Positions 52,976 through 63,751 are shown, numbered from the stretch's first letter. The stretch is DNA of 64,000 nucleotides from an uncultured delta proteobacterium (GCA_963850305.1 CAWKKR010000008.1:288001-352000); one strand, 5' to 3'. The notes: generated by a model not told the origin, from the sequence alone. Made by a program: numbers and translations.

Positions 52976-53469
52976 GGCCGCACCTCTCGTCCGAGCACCT
53001 GCGCGGCGACGTCGCGCGCGAGCCGCTCCGAATCCCGGCCGAGCTCGAACCGTATCGCGTGAATCTCTTCCTGCAGATTCTCGCGGCCCTCGTCGACGAT
53101 CCTCGCCGCGACCTTTCGCGCCTCCTGCATCTGCTCCGCCTCGAGGCGCGCCGTCTCGGCGCGGACCCGATCGCGTTCCTCGCCCGCCACGCGGTGCACC
53201 TTCTCGATCTCGTGGTCGTATTTCCGGAGCAGCTCGCCGGCCTTCTCCTGCATCTGACGTGCGGACGCCCTGGCGCCCTCGGTCCGCTTTTCGCGCTCCT
53301 CGAAGAGGCCGAGGACCGGGTCGAACAGGAGCGGCTTCAGGATCAAGATGAGGCCGGCAAACACCACCATCTGCACGACGAACGTCGGATCGAAGTCGAT
53401 GTTCACCGCGCCGGACGAGGCGCCGAGCTTCTGGCCCAAATCGAGCGCGGAGGACGCAAGGACGGACAT
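52972..53469 (-). CDS. ATP synthase F0 subunit b'
   Basis: DPTFVVQMVVFAGLILILKPLLFDPVLGLFEEREKR. Confidence 0.88.
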   Translation of the reverse strand: MSVLASSALDLGQKLGASSGAVNIDFDPTFVVQMVVFAGLILILKPLLFDPVLGLFEEREKRTEGARASARQMQEKAGELLRKYDHEIEKVHRVAGEERDRVRAETARLEAEQMQEARKVAARIVDEGRENLQEEIHAIRFELGRDSERLARDVAAQVLGREVRP

Positions 53470-53715
53470 CGAGTGCGGCGGCCTCGTAGCATCTTGGCAA
53501 AGACGCGTCTAGACGGCCGATGGGCGATCTGGCTTTGACGGGGACGCGGGGGCTTCATTCCCATTCCCGGAGAGATTTTGTTTCTGCGGATTTGTTTCGA
53601 CGCATTCCCCGTCGAACGATTCCGTTCGCCCGAACGCGATCCGATCACGTTCCGCGTCGGAGTAGCTCGCGCTCCAGCTCGGCGACCCGGGCGAGCGCTT
53701 GGTCCTTCAGCGCCT

Positions 53716-54213
53716 TCAATACACGCGGCTCCAGCCCTCCTCGTCCACCACCCGAACTCCCTGGTCGGGAAGCGCGTGGAGCCAGGCGCGAAGAGGGCGC
53801 TGGGTCGCGGGGTCGCGCGCCGTCGGAGCGACGTCGAGGAGCGGCTCGAGCGCGAAACGACGCTCGTGGAGCCGAGGGTGCGGCACGACCAGCCCCTCGT
53901 CGGCGACGGCTCGATCGTCGATGAAGAGAATATCGAGGTCCAGGGTGCGCGGGCCGAATCGCTCGCTCCGCACCCGGCCGAACGCGCGCTCGATGGCGAG
54001 CAGGGCGTCGAGCAAGGCCCGCGGGGTCCTGTCGCAGCGGAGTCTGACGGCCGCATTCAGGTAGTGCGGCTGTGGAGGTCCGACGGGTTCGGTCTCGTAC
54101 AGGCGCGAAACGGAGACGATCGCTCCGAGCTGGCCGATCTCCCGCACGGCCCGGCCGAGGGTGGCCAGGCGATCCCCGAGATTTGCTCCCAGTCCGACGA
54201 CGGCGTCCATCAC
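53716..54213 (-). CDS. folK: 2-amino-4-hydroxy-6-hydroxymethyldihydropteridine diphosphokinase
   Basis: GLGANLGDR, YETEP, YLNA, GPRTLDLDIL, VPHPRLHERRF. Confidence 0.95.
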   Translation of the reverse strand: MMDAVVGLGANLGDRLATLGRAVREIGQLGAIVSVSRLYETEPVGPPQPHYLNAAVRLRCDRTPRALLDALLAIERAFGRVRSERFGPRTLDLDILFIDDRAVADEGLVVPHPRLHERRFALEPLLDVAPTARDPATQRPLRAWLHALPDQGVRVVDEEGWSRVY

Positions 54214-54240
54214 GCGGAACGATAGGCTACGCTGGGCGCG

Positions 54241-54387
54241 ATGCTCGGGCTCACGGGTGGCGAGATATTCGTGACCGTTTTCATCGTCGTCGCGATCGTA
54301 TCCGCGCGGTGGTGGCCACGGGCGGGAGGTGCCATTGCCCTCATGCTGGGCGGAAAACGGACCTCGCAGCCCCCGCGAAGTCGATAA
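54241..54387 (+). CDS. Small TatA/E-like membrane protein (48 aa, not in the ORF track)
   Basis: MLGLTGGEIFVTVFIVVAIVSARWWPRAGGAIALMLGGKRTSQPPRSR*, translated by hand. Confidence 0.6.
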   Translation: MLGLTGGEIFVTVFIVVAIVSARWWPRAGGAIALMLGGKRTSQPPRSR

Positions 54388-54425
54388 TATAGGTGAAACG
54401 GAGGTCTCGGATATAATCCCGACCT

Positions 54426-56916
54426 GTGGAGTCCAAGTCCGCGGATGACGCCGCGGAGGCCGTGCGCGGCCCAGCGCTCATTTTCATGAGCGACGCCTCC
54501 GCCGAGGCAGAACGCCTGACTTCGGCGCTGCACGCGAGGGGTTACGCCGTCGCGGACGTGCCGCTCTCGCTGCTCGCGGGTCGCGTCGCGGTGCAACGGC
54601 CTGCTCTGTTGCTCTGCGACGCGGACGCCGAAGGTTGCGCCGACGTGCTCGGCAGGATCCGCGAAGCGGAAGCCGAGTCGCCGGTTCCGGTTCTCGTTCT
54701 CGGCGACCGGTACGGAACGATCTCCGGGCTCGGGGCGGGATTGGTCTCTGGAGTCTTCGCGCGTCCGGTGAACGTCCAGGAACTTCTCGACACCGTCGAC
54801 CGACTCGTGCGCCGCAGCGTTCCGTCCACGGCCCCGTCGCGACCGCCTCCTTCGCGCGTCGGGACGACATTGGTCGCGTCCAGCCGACCGCCGAGTCGCG
54901 CCAGTGTGTCTCCGGTGAGTCGCCAGCCGGAGCGGAGCCGGACGGACGCCACCGGTCCTTCGCCCCCTGTGCTCCCTTCACCGCCAAATCTTGGCGAAAT
55001 TGCCGTCCCGGTGCGGGACGCGGGGGACGCGCCCACCGTCGAGCTCAGTGCCGACATCCAGCAATTGCTCGAGGATGCCGAGCTACGTTTCGAAAAGACG
55101 CACCCCACGCCGGGCAGCGAGCCCGAGGATCTCGGGCCGGAGATCGAAGCGGAAATATCCGTGCCGCCAGACGTGATCGCCGCACTGAGTGAGCCTCTCG
55201 ACGACGAGGATCTCGGCGCCGAAGGGACGCCGATGCCGTCCCAGGACGGAACCGGCGCGCTCACGTCGTCGAAGGGCGTGGTCCGCGGGCACACCCAGAA
55301 TCGGCGGAGGGGGAAGCACGTTTTCGGGCACCGCTTCGGCGCCGCTCTCGGAGGTCAGCGTGGTCTCCGGCACCGGCCTGGAGCGCACGAACAGCGGAGC
55401 CGCAGCGCCCGGGGGCGACGACGACGAGGCACGGCGCGCTCGCCAGATGGCATCCACCCCCAAGCCCCCCAAGCCGGCCGATGAGGGCTCGGTGGTGCCG
55501 GAGCCTGCACGAGGCACCGTTCCGCCGCCCACCGTCGCCCAGGAGGAGCTGCCCCAATCTGCGATTCTGGGCGAGTCGCCGAGCTTGCCTCTGCAAGGGG
55601 CTCGCGCGGACGAAAAGCAGGCCTCACCGGAACGACCGCGCGTGGCGCTCAACTTCGACTCGGACCCGCCGGCGCGAAACGGTCTGACGTCCACGACCCC
55701 GCCGCTCCGGCGCAGGGAAGAGGCGTCGATGCCGCCGCGTCAGCCGAGCGCGCGGCCCCCCTCGCCCGCGGCTGCTCCACCGGACGCGCAGGCTCGCGAG
55801 AGCGAGCGGCCCTCGCGACCGCGCACCGAGCCACCCGAAGGGACGAGACCACACGTGGCGGCGTCGCGCGACGCTCCCTTCAACGTGCCGCCCGCACTCC
55901 GCCCCGGCGACTCGGTCGCGGTGGTCGCTGCGGCGATCCGCGCACGCTACACGGGCGTGCTGGCGTTCGAGGTCGACGAGGGGATTCGCCGGATCGTCTT
56001 TCGCGACGGCGATTTCGTGACGCTGACGTCCGGCGTCCACGGAGAATCGCTCGTGGCGTTTCTGGCGGGACGCGGCGACCTCCCTGCTGAAGTAGCGCGA
56101 CAAGGACACAAGTTCTCGGCGTTCGGACGCCGCGCGGGCGCTGCGCTGATCGCGCACGGACACCTCGCGCAAGATCAACTCTGGCCCGTGTTGCGCGCCC
56201 ACGCGGAATGGCTCATCGGGCGCGTGCTCGGCATCGAACGTGGGAACGCGGGAACCGAGGACGTGGGTCGCCTCGAGGACGAGCCGGCAGTGTTCGGTGG
56301 CGCGACCGGCGCGGAGGTCCTGATCGAAGTGGGCCGTCGGATCGTGTCGCCCGAAGACGCGGTCGAGCGCCTCGGAGGATTATCGGCAGGGCTCGGCCAG
56401 GGACCTTCGCGGACGCTTCTGGCGGAATGCGCACTGCCGGCACTCGAAAACGAGCGCGTTCAGAACGTCGCCGGGCAGACGGTCCGCGAGTGTCTGGAGG
56501 CCGGTGCCGATCCGTCGTTCGTGTCTGTCCTCTACGTGCTCACCGCCCTCGGCGTTCTTCGCGTGGACGTCCCGCGCGCACGCGCAGCGACGGCCGAAGC
56601 GGCCAGGCCTCCCGCGCCCGACGATATCGACGATGACGCGCTCCGCGGCCGGGTGCTCGCGAGAAAGGCGCTCGTCGACGAGGGCGACTACTTCGCCGTC
56701 CTCGGCGTCGGGCGTTCGGCGACCGGCTACGACATCCGCCGCGCGTATACGGCGCTCCGCCGCGATCTCGAGCCGGGCCGGGTGCTCACCGCCAGAACCG
56801 CGGATCTTGCCGAGACGCTGGACGAGATCCTCTCCGTACTGGAGGAGGCCTATCAGATCCTGAGCGACCAGCGCCGTCGCGAACGATATCTGCGGGCCAT
56901 CGAAGCGTCGCCGTGA
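54426..56916 (+). CDS. REC-like - Pro-rich linker - DUF4388-like - J-like domain protein (+1 frameshift near 55280)
   Basis: Receiver-like N-terminus (LLLCDAD, FARPV); RYTGVLAFE..RRIVFRDGD; C-terminal DYFAVLGV..DIRRAY..EAYQILSD..RERY. Confidence 0.78.
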
Positions 56917-56920
56917 GCCG

Positions 56921-59380
56921 TCACTCTGCGGCTGAGACGCTGGAACGCGCGGGCCCAACGCGCACGCGAAGCTCGCGACCGACGAGCTCGAGAATCGCGG
57001 TATCGCCACTCGCGAGATCCCCGCGCAGGATCACGTCCGCGAGGGGCGCCTCGACGAGTCGGGCGATCGCGCGCTTCATCGGACGAGCGCCGAGCGAAGG
57101 GTCGAAGCCGCCCTCGTCGAGCAAGTGATCGACGACGTCCGCGCCGAAGTCGAGCCGCACGCCTCGGTCCATCGCGAGCGCTTCGCCGAGCCCGTCCAGG
57201 AGACGACGCGCTATCTCGCGCACGTCGTCCCGTCCGAGCGGCGCGAACACCAGCGCCTCGTCGATGCGATTGTAGAGTTCGGGCGGCAGGGCGGCGCGCG
57301 CGGCCGCCACGACTGCACGCGCTTCGGCATCGCGCGGGTCGGAGGTACCCGAACCGAAGCCGACCCGACGCTTCTGGCTGGCGCCGGTCTCGTCCGAGCC
57401 GATGTTGGACGTCAGAAAGAGGACCGTGTTCGTGAAGTCCACCGTGCGCCCGCGCCCGTCGGTGAGACGCCCCTCGTCGAAGACGCCGAGAAAAGCCTGG
57501 AGCACGTCCGGGTGCGCCTTCTCGATCTCGTCGAGCAAGATGACCTGGTACGGGCGTCGGCGAACCGATTCGGTGAGCTGCCCGCCCGCTTCGTGACCCA
57601 CGTAGCCGGGTGGCGCCCCTACGAGCCGCGCGACGGTGTGCGCTTCCGCATACTCCGAGAGATCGAGGCGCGTCATCGCCGTCTCGTCGAAAAAGAGAAC
57701 TTCCGCGACGGCCTTGGCCGTCTCGGTCTTGCCGACGCCCGTCGGACCGAGGAACAGGAACGTGCCGATGGGGCGTCGCGAACCGAGGCCCGCCGCGTTG
57801 CGCCGCAGGATGCGCGCGATGCGAGCGATCTCCTCGGTGTGTCCGACGATGCGATCCGCGAGCAGTTCCTCGAGCCGCAACATGCGGTCACGGTCGGTCT
57901 CGAGCAGTCGCTCGACGGGCACGTCGGCCATCTCCGAGACCACCTCCGCGACCACTTCAGCAGTCACTTCCGTGCCGCCGCGCCGGCGAGCGCGTGCCCC
58001 GGCCAGATCGATGATGGACACGGCCTTGTCCGGGAGTGCGCGTCCCGGCAAGTAGCGGATCGACCATCCGACGGCGAGCGCGAGGGACTCCTCGGAGTAC
58101 GAAATGCCATGGTGCTTCTCGAAGGTCGGCGCGAGCGCGTCGAGAACGAGGTACGCGTCCTCGCGGCTCGGTTCTTCGACGTCGATGACCGAAAATCTCC
58201 GGGCGAGCGCGGAGTCGGATTCGATCGCTTTCTTGTAGTCCTCCGGAGTCGTCGCGCCGATACAAGGAAGCTCGCCTCGGGCGAGGGCGACTTTGAGGTC
58301 GGACGCGATCTCGTCGCCCGCGTCGCCGGTGAAGAGCTGGTGGATCTCGTCGAAGAAGAGGACGACGCGACCACCCGAAGCGAGCACCTCCTTGCGGATC
58401 GCCGCGAAGCGCTGCGCGAGCGCCCCGCGGACGCCCGTGCCGGCGAGGAGCTCCGTGATGGGGACCTCCACGACGATCCGATCGTCCAGGGTGACGACCT
58501 CTTCGGCGTCGGCGATGCGCTGCGACAGCGCGCGCACCACGCTCGTCTTGCCGACGCCGGCGGCGCCGACGAGACACGGGTTGTTGCCTTGACGCTTTGC
58601 GAGCACATCGAGCGCGCGCTCGATTTCCTCGTCGCGGCCGACCACCTTGTCGAGAAGGCCCGCCTCTGCCGCCAGCGTGAGGTTCGTGCCGAGCGCGGAG
58701 AGCGCCGGATACTCCTTCGAATCGAGCGCGAAGCGCGATGCCGTCCGGCGCGCGGCGCTCTCGGACCGCGGCAGTGAACGCACGACCTCGCGCTTACTCG
58801 TCGTTATGGGCGCCGCACGGACGCCTTCCGGGTCGGTCTTGTCGTCTTCGGTGGGTGCCTTGGGGCGCACCGGGTGCGGAACGAGTGGCACCGTGATTCC
58901 GGAGGGACGCCTCGCGGCCGAGACGGCACCCTGCACGGCTTCGAGTTCGTGCCTCGTGACGATGCGGCGGCGACCGACGAGCCCGAGACCGACGTTCATC
59001 GCCGCAACGCGGAGACGGTTCACGTCGACACCGCACTGGTCGAGCGCACGGTGCCCCGCGGAGCGTCGATCGCTCAGAAGCGCGAGGAGGAGGTGCACAC
59101 CGACCGGCTCGAGCGCCCCCATGCGTGACCCGATTTCTCGCGCTCGCTCGATGGCGCGCCGCAGCGGGTCCGGCTCATCGTCGGTCGACGCGCGTGCGGC
59201 GCGAAGCAAGCGCTCGGCGTCGAGCGACCGCTCTGCGAGCAGCTCGGCCGCCGGACTCTCGCGCGACGCGATGGCCGCGAGCAGATGCCCGCTCGTGACG
59301 CGTTCCTTCCGCCCCTTGGCCAGCTCTTCGGCCAACTTTCGGAGTGAGACGAGCTCCGGCTCCTTACGTACGGCTTTCAT
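56921..59380 (-). CDS. ClpA/ClpC-type AAA+ chaperone
   Basis: Clp N-repeats, NNPCLVGAAGVGKT, FFDEIH, IGATT, LPDKA, GPTGVGKT, GAPPGYVG, LDEIEKAHP, VGF loop, GARPMKR; no ClpB middle coiled coil. Confidence 0.92.
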   Translation of the reverse strand: MKAVRKEPELVSLRKLAEELAKGRKERVTSGHLLAAIASRESPAAELLAERSLDAERLLRAARASTDDEPDPLRRAIERAREIGSRMGALEPVGVHLLLALLSDRRSAGHRALDQCGVDVNRLRVAAMNVGLGLVGRRRIVTRHELEAVQGAVSAARRPSGITVPLVPHPVRPKAPTEDDKTDPEGVRAAPITTSKREVVRSLPRSESAARRTASRFALDSKEYPALSALGTNLTLAAEAGLLDKVVGRDEEIERALDVLAKRQGNNPCLVGAAGVGKTSVVRALSQRIADAEEVVTLDDRIVVEVPITELLAGTGVRGALAQRFAAIRKEVLASGGRVVLFFDEIHQLFTGDAGDEIASDLKVALARGELPCIGATTPEDYKKAIESDSALARRFSVIDVEEPSREDAYLVLDALAPTFEKHHGISYSEESLALAVGWSIRYLPGRALPDKAVSIIDLAGARARRRGGTEVTAEVVAEVVSEMADVPVERLLETDRDRMLRLEELLADRIVGHTEEIARIARILRRNAAGLGSRRPIGTFLFLGPTGVGKTETAKAVAEVLFFDETAMTRLDLSEYAEAHTVARLVGAPPGYVGHEAGGQLTESVRRRPYQVILLDEIEKAHPDVLQAFLGVFDEGRLTDGRGRTVDFTNTVLFLTSNIGSDETGASQKRRVGFGSGTSDPRDAEARAVVAAARAALPPELYNRIDEALVFAPLGRDDVREIARRLLDGLGEALAMDRGVRLDFGADVVDHLLDEGGFDPSLGARPMKRAIARLVEAPLADVILRGDLASGDTAILELVGRELRVRVGPARSSVSAAE

Positions 59381-59473
59381 CTTTGGATGAGACTGGGGGC
59401 GCCGGGCTGGGCGTCCGAGCGCCGAGACTCACTGGCTTTTCGCTCGACGGCCAAGTTTGGCGACGCGGCTCGT

Positions 59474-60598
59474 TCAAGGCGCCGCGAAGAGCCGAACCCC
59501 GGTGTCCGCCGCCCAGACGAAGAGTTCCGCCGCGCCGCCGACGGCAACTCGCGGAGGATCCGCGGTCAGGGCCAGGTGCCGATCACGCGTGAGGTCGTTC
59601 ATCCAGTTCGGGGCGACCGACTCCGATGCGGGCAGAAGCGCTCGCAAGCGGCGCTTGCCGCGGACGTCGAAGACCTCGAGGACGAAGGTCCACGGGGCGG
59701 CCGCGGGCTGGGCGAGCTCGAGCACCGCGAGATACTCGCCCGCGGCCTCGGCCTCGAAGACCGCCGTCTGGAAGCCCACCTTCGACAGCGAATAGGTCTT
59801 GCCCAGCAGCAAGCGCTCGAGGACCGCCCCGTCGGCCTGCACCATCCAGAACGTGTCCGGCCGCGACGAGGGCAACAGGCGCACCGCGTCGTGAACGTCG
59901 GCGACGACGGCATGCTTCGGACCGGACCCGAAGAAGTTCGCGAGCCCCTCGGCGGTCGAATAAAGAAATGAACCGTCCGCCAGCGAACCCGTCAGGCGGC
60001 CGTCGTACCCATCGAGCTCGATCCATCGTTCCGGCACCAGCTGGGCGGGGTCGCCTTCCAGGTCATAGCCGAGGATCACGGGAGCGCCGCCGGTGGTCAC
60101 CCACACCCGAGTCGGGTCGTGCCGGTCGGGGAAAATGGTGGCGCCTGGAAGAACCATCAACCTCCGGCGCGGGCGAGGCCGCGACTGATCGGGGAGAAGC
60201 AGAAGGGACGAGCCCGGGGCGACGATGAGCAGACTGCCATTCGCGACGCCAACCACGGCGAGCGGCGAGTGAACCGGTAAATGGACCGCTTCGACGAGGT
60301 CCGGCAGCCCGAGCACCTTGACCCCATCCTCGACGATCATCGCGAGACGCCCCTTCCCGAACGCGAGCGTCTGATCGGCGACTCGCCGGGGCGGTACGGT
60401 CATCTTGCGTCGCGTCGCGAGATCCAGGACGAAGTGAGGGACTGAAGCGTCCCCGTCGCGCGCGCCACCGCCTCCGTCGGGTCGACGCTGCCCGGAGACG
60501 GCGGGCGGCGGCTTTGGGAGATCGCCCCGGGGCGGCGCGCGATGACAGCTCGCGAGAAGGAAAGCGGTCGAAAGAATTGCGGTCGACAGGACTCGCAT
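59474..60598 (-). CDS. Hypothetical lipoprotein (beta-propeller-like)
   Basis: Lipobox LLASC; beta-rich repeats. Confidence 0.6.
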   Translation of the reverse strand: MRVLSTAILSTAFLLASCHRAPPRGDLPKPPPAVSGQRRPDGGGGARDGDASVPHFVLDLATRRKMTVPPRRVADQTLAFGKGRLAMIVEDGVKVLGLPDLVEAVHLPVHSPLAVVGVANGSLLIVAPGSSLLLLPDQSRPRPRRRLMVLPGATIFPDRHDPTRVWVTTGGAPVILGYDLEGDPAQLVPERWIELDGYDGRLTGSLADGSFLYSTAEGLANFFGSGPKHAVVADVHDAVRLLPSSRPDTFWMVQADGAVLERLLLGKTYSLSKVGFQTAVFEAEAAGEYLAVLELAQPAAAPWTFVLEVFDVRGKRRLRALLPASESVAPNWMNDLTRDRHLALTADPPRVAVGGAAELFVWAADTGVRLFAAP

Positions 60599-60641
60599 TG
60601 CACGGTCGGCCCGAGTAAAGCACCCGGCGCACCTCCCTATC

Positions 60642-61076
60642 ATGGCACCCGGCCAGTTACCGAAGCTCGGCGCGCTTCTCTTCCTCTGCGGGAGCGTGAC
60701 CGCATGTCAGCATTTCGAGCGGATCGGCGAGTGCCGGCAGGTGAGCGCGCTCGTGAATCCAGTGCTCGCCTCGATCGACGCATCGCGACGGCGGAATCCC
60801 GTGGACGCACGGACATACCAGTTCATCGGGCTGGAGTACGATACCCTCGCCGGCACACTCGCGGGGTTGCACCTGAAGACGAGGCACCTCGGGGAGCTCG
60901 TCGGGGAGTACCAGAAGGTCCTTCGGGCGGCCGCTCACGACTCGCGCATCTTTGCGAGCGCGCTGGATCGGAAGGACGCGAGCAAACTCATTGCGGTCCG
61001 GAACGCGGGCACGCGCGCAGCGAAGCAGGAGAGCTCGACGGTCAGCCGGATCGAGTCCTTCTGTCGCGGGAACTGA
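60642..61076 (+). CDS. Hypothetical helical lipoprotein
   Basis: Lipobox VTAC; Cys near both ends (GEC..SFC). Confidence 0.65.
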   Translation: MAPGQLPKLGALLFLCGSVTACQHFERIGECRQVSALVNPVLASIDASRRRNPVDARTYQFIGLEYDTLAGTLAGLHLKTRHLGELVGEYQKVLRAAAHDSRIFASALDRKDASKLIAVRNAGTRAAKQESSTVSRIESFCRGN

Positions 61077-61089
61077 CGGAGGTTCAAAC

Positions 61090-62301
61090 TCACGGAGCGG
61101 GGGCGGGCAAGGGCGCCACGTTGCGCTGGAGCACGCCCTCCGCGACGCGACCCCAGGCATACGTCAGAAGTCTCCGGAAGTGACTGCGGGCATCGCCCCC
61201 GTATACCCAGAGAAAGCGAGGGTCGTTTTCGACCTTGAGACTGGACACGTACACGCCGCTGCTGGCCCACGCGAGCGGAACGGGCTCGTTCATGGAGATG
61301 CGCGAGACGATCACGCCACAGTCGCGTTTCGGCGCACCGGAGGTGCATCCGCTCGCTACGAGGAGCTCTTCGTTCCCGATGGGGTGCCAGAACCACTGGC
61401 GCGACACGCGAAACGTCTCGTCGCGACGCAACTCCGCGCGGGCCTCGTCGGGAAGGTGTGCCTCGACCCGACGCGAGAGCTTCGCGTCCGGTTGACGCAC
61501 GATGAGGGGCGGCAGCCGCACGACGTGGAGCTCCACCTTGGCATCGTTCTCGGGCCCCGCGCAGCATCGGAACCCTATCGACGGGGCTTTCGCCGATGGT
61601 GAACGGCCCAGCGCATTCGCGCAGCGTCCCGCGACTTCACCGGCGGGCGCATTTCCCCCGCGCACCGTGACCAGCGTGCCGTGCGTACCGCGCCCCCATG
61701 CACTGTCGGTCCACTCCCAGAGCGAGCCGTGCATGTCGTGGACGCCGAAGTCGCTCCGGCATGCGACGCGAAGTCCCACCGGCAGCATGCGCGGCTCGGC
61801 TCCGGTCCCGCAAACATCTGGGCGGTAGTGGTCGCCGTATTCGTAGACGTGGTTGTCCGGCCCCTTGCATGCGCGCTCCCACTCGAGCTCCGAGCACAGC
61901 CGGTGGCCGCGCTCCTGACAGAGCGCGCTCGCTTGCTCCTGGGTCACACCCGAAAGCGGGATCGCGCCCTCTTCGTTGGGATACGGGAAAATCGAGATGA
62001 AGAACCCCTTCAAGATCACCTGTTCGCCCGGCATCTCCGCGTCCGCCACGCGGGGCAGCAGACCCGGAGGCGTGCCGGAAACGAGCGCGCCCGGCGGGAT
62101 CCAGACCATCCCCTCCGGCACCGCCGGCGCGCGCACGCCCGAGTCCCACGGAGGGCGCAACGCCGCGCTCGATGCGTCGGGGGACGTCCCGAGCTCCGCG
62201 GCGACGGCCGAGGACTTCGCTCTCCGGCACGAGGGGGCAAAGAGAAGTGTCGCTGCGAGGAGCCACGTGGAAAGGTGCAGCGGGCAACCCAACGCCGTCA
62301 C
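61090..62301 (-). CDS. FGE-sulfatase domain exported protein
   Basis: PEGMVWIPPG, RLCSELEWERACKG, GVHDMHGSLWEWT, IGFRCC. Confidence 0.85.
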   Translation of the reverse strand: MTALGCPLHLSTWLLAATLLFAPSCRRAKSSAVAAELGTSPDASSAALRPPWDSGVRAPAVPEGMVWIPPGALVSGTPPGLLPRVADAEMPGEQVILKGFFISIFPYPNEEGAIPLSGVTQEQASALCQERGHRLCSELEWERACKGPDNHVYEYGDHYRPDVCGTGAEPRMLPVGLRVACRSDFGVHDMHGSLWEWTDSAWGRGTHGTLVTVRGGNAPAGEVAGRCANALGRSPSAKAPSIGFRCCAGPENDAKVELHVVRLPPLIVRQPDAKLSRRVEAHLPDEARAELRRDETFRVSRQWFWHPIGNEELLVASGCTSGAPKRDCGVIVSRISMNEPVPLAWASSGVYVSSLKVENDPRFLWVYGGDARSHFRRLLTYAWGRVAEGVLQRNVAPLPAPAP

Positions 62302-63710
62302 GACTCGTTGCGTTCGTCGCGCTCGCGAAGTCCGAGCTCCTTCATCTTTAGCTGGAGCCCCTTCCGCGAAATCTTCAGAAGGCGCGCGGCATGTGTGACG
62401 TTACTGCGCGTCTGATCCAGGGCGTGAACGATGAGCTCTCGTTCGAGCCGCGTCGTGGCGGCTTTGACCTGTTCCTTGAGTCCATCGGTGGGCATCGGCG
62501 TCGAGGAGGGCGACCCGGACGGCGGCGGCCGATCGCCGCGCACTTCGGGCGGCAGATCCACGACCCTGAGCTTTGCGGCGTCGCAGAAGAGCACGGCGCG
62601 CTCGATGACGTTCTCCAGTTCCCGGATATTCCCGGGCCACGCATAGGCGAGCAGAGCCCGATCCACCTCCTGCTCGAGTCCTTCGACGTGTTTGCCCAGA
62701 CGCGCGTCGAACTTGCTCACGAAATGACGTGCCAGGAGGAGCGCGTCGCCGACGCGCTCGCGCAGCGGCGGCAGATGAATCGGCACGACGTTCAGTCGAT
62801 AGAAGAGATCTTCGCGGAAGTGACCCGCCGCGACCTCCTTCTTGAGGTCGCTGTTGGTCGCCGCCACGAGACGAACGTCGACGCGAATGGTCTTGATGCC
62901 TCCGACGCGCTCGAACTCGCCCTCCTGGAGCGCGCGCAGCAACTTGACCTGAATGTCGGCCGGGATCGTCCCGATTTCATCGAGGAACAGCGTGCCCCCG
63001 CTCGCGAGCTCGAAACGTCCGGGCTTTGGTCCGACGGCGGACGAGGTTGCGCCCGTCTCGTAACCGAAGAGCTCGCTCTCCATGAGCTCGTGCGGGATCG
63101 CCGCACAGTTCACCTTGATGAAGGGGCGCTCGCGACGCGACGAGCTTTCGTGAAGAGCCCGCGCGACCAGCTCCTTGCCAGTGCCGCTCTCGCCGGTGAC
63201 GAGCACGGTCGCGGGAGTGTCCGCGACACGGTCCAGCACCCCGTACATTTCGACGATCTCGGGGCTCTGCCCGATGATGCCGTGGCGCACCTCGGGCGCG
63301 GTGGCATCGGGACGCGTCGCCTCCACCTGAGCGAGATCGCGCGTGCGCAAGGCCTTCTTGACGATGGCGCGGAGCTCCGCCTGATCGAACGGCTTGGTGA
63401 TGTAGTCGAAGGCCCCGGTCTTCAGGGCCTCCACGGCGTTGTCGACGGATCCATGCGCCGTGATGAGCACGACGGGCAGATCGGCGTCGATGCGGAGCGC
63501 CCGCCGCAATACCTCCATGCCGTCCACTTTCGGCATCCTCAGGTCCGTGATGACCAGATCGATGTGATGCTCCTCGAGCAATCCCAAACCCTGTTCGCCG
63601 TCCTCAGCGGTGTGGACGTCATAGCCGTCACGAACCAGCTGCGCGGACAGCACCCGCCGTAAGTTCGGCTCGTCGTCGACGACGAGGATCTGCTTTCGTT
63701 CGGGCAGCAT
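62298..63710 (-). CDS. NtrC-family response regulator (REC-AAA+-Fis HTH) with degenerate GAFTGA loop
   Basis: ITDLRMP, GESGTGKE, VNCAA, ESELFGYETGATSSA, FLDEIG, FREDLFYRL, WPGNIRELEN, HTH. Confidence 0.95.
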   Translation of the reverse strand: MLPERKQILVVDDEPNLRRVLSAQLVRDGYDVHTAEDGEQGLGLLEEHHIDLVITDLRMPKVDGMEVLRRALRIDADLPVVLITAHGSVDNAVEALKTGAFDYITKPFDQAELRAIVKKALRTRDLAQVEATRPDATAPEVRHGIIGQSPEIVEMYGVLDRVADTPATVLVTGESGTGKELVARALHESSSRRERPFIKVNCAAIPHELMESELFGYETGATSSAVGPKPGRFELASGGTLFLDEIGTIPADIQVKLLRALQEGEFERVGGIKTIRVDVRLVAATNSDLKKEVAAGHFREDLFYRLNVVPIHLPPLRERVGDALLLARHFVSKFDARLGKHVEGLEQEVDRALLAYAWPGNIRELENVIERAVLFCDAAKLRVVDLPPEVRGDRPPPSGSPSSTPMPTDGLKEQVKAATTRLERELIVHALDQTRSNVTHAARLLKISRKGLQLKMKELGLRERDERNES

Positions 63711-63751
63711 CAGAGCCTATTTGCCACCGTCCGCAGCGCTCCGGGGCACCC

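Noticed and set aside
52283..53500. Single 405-aa fused b'/b subunit
   Set aside because: Two separate ORFs overlap by ATGA at 52972-52975; the upstream part of the long ORF is an off-frame read of b'.
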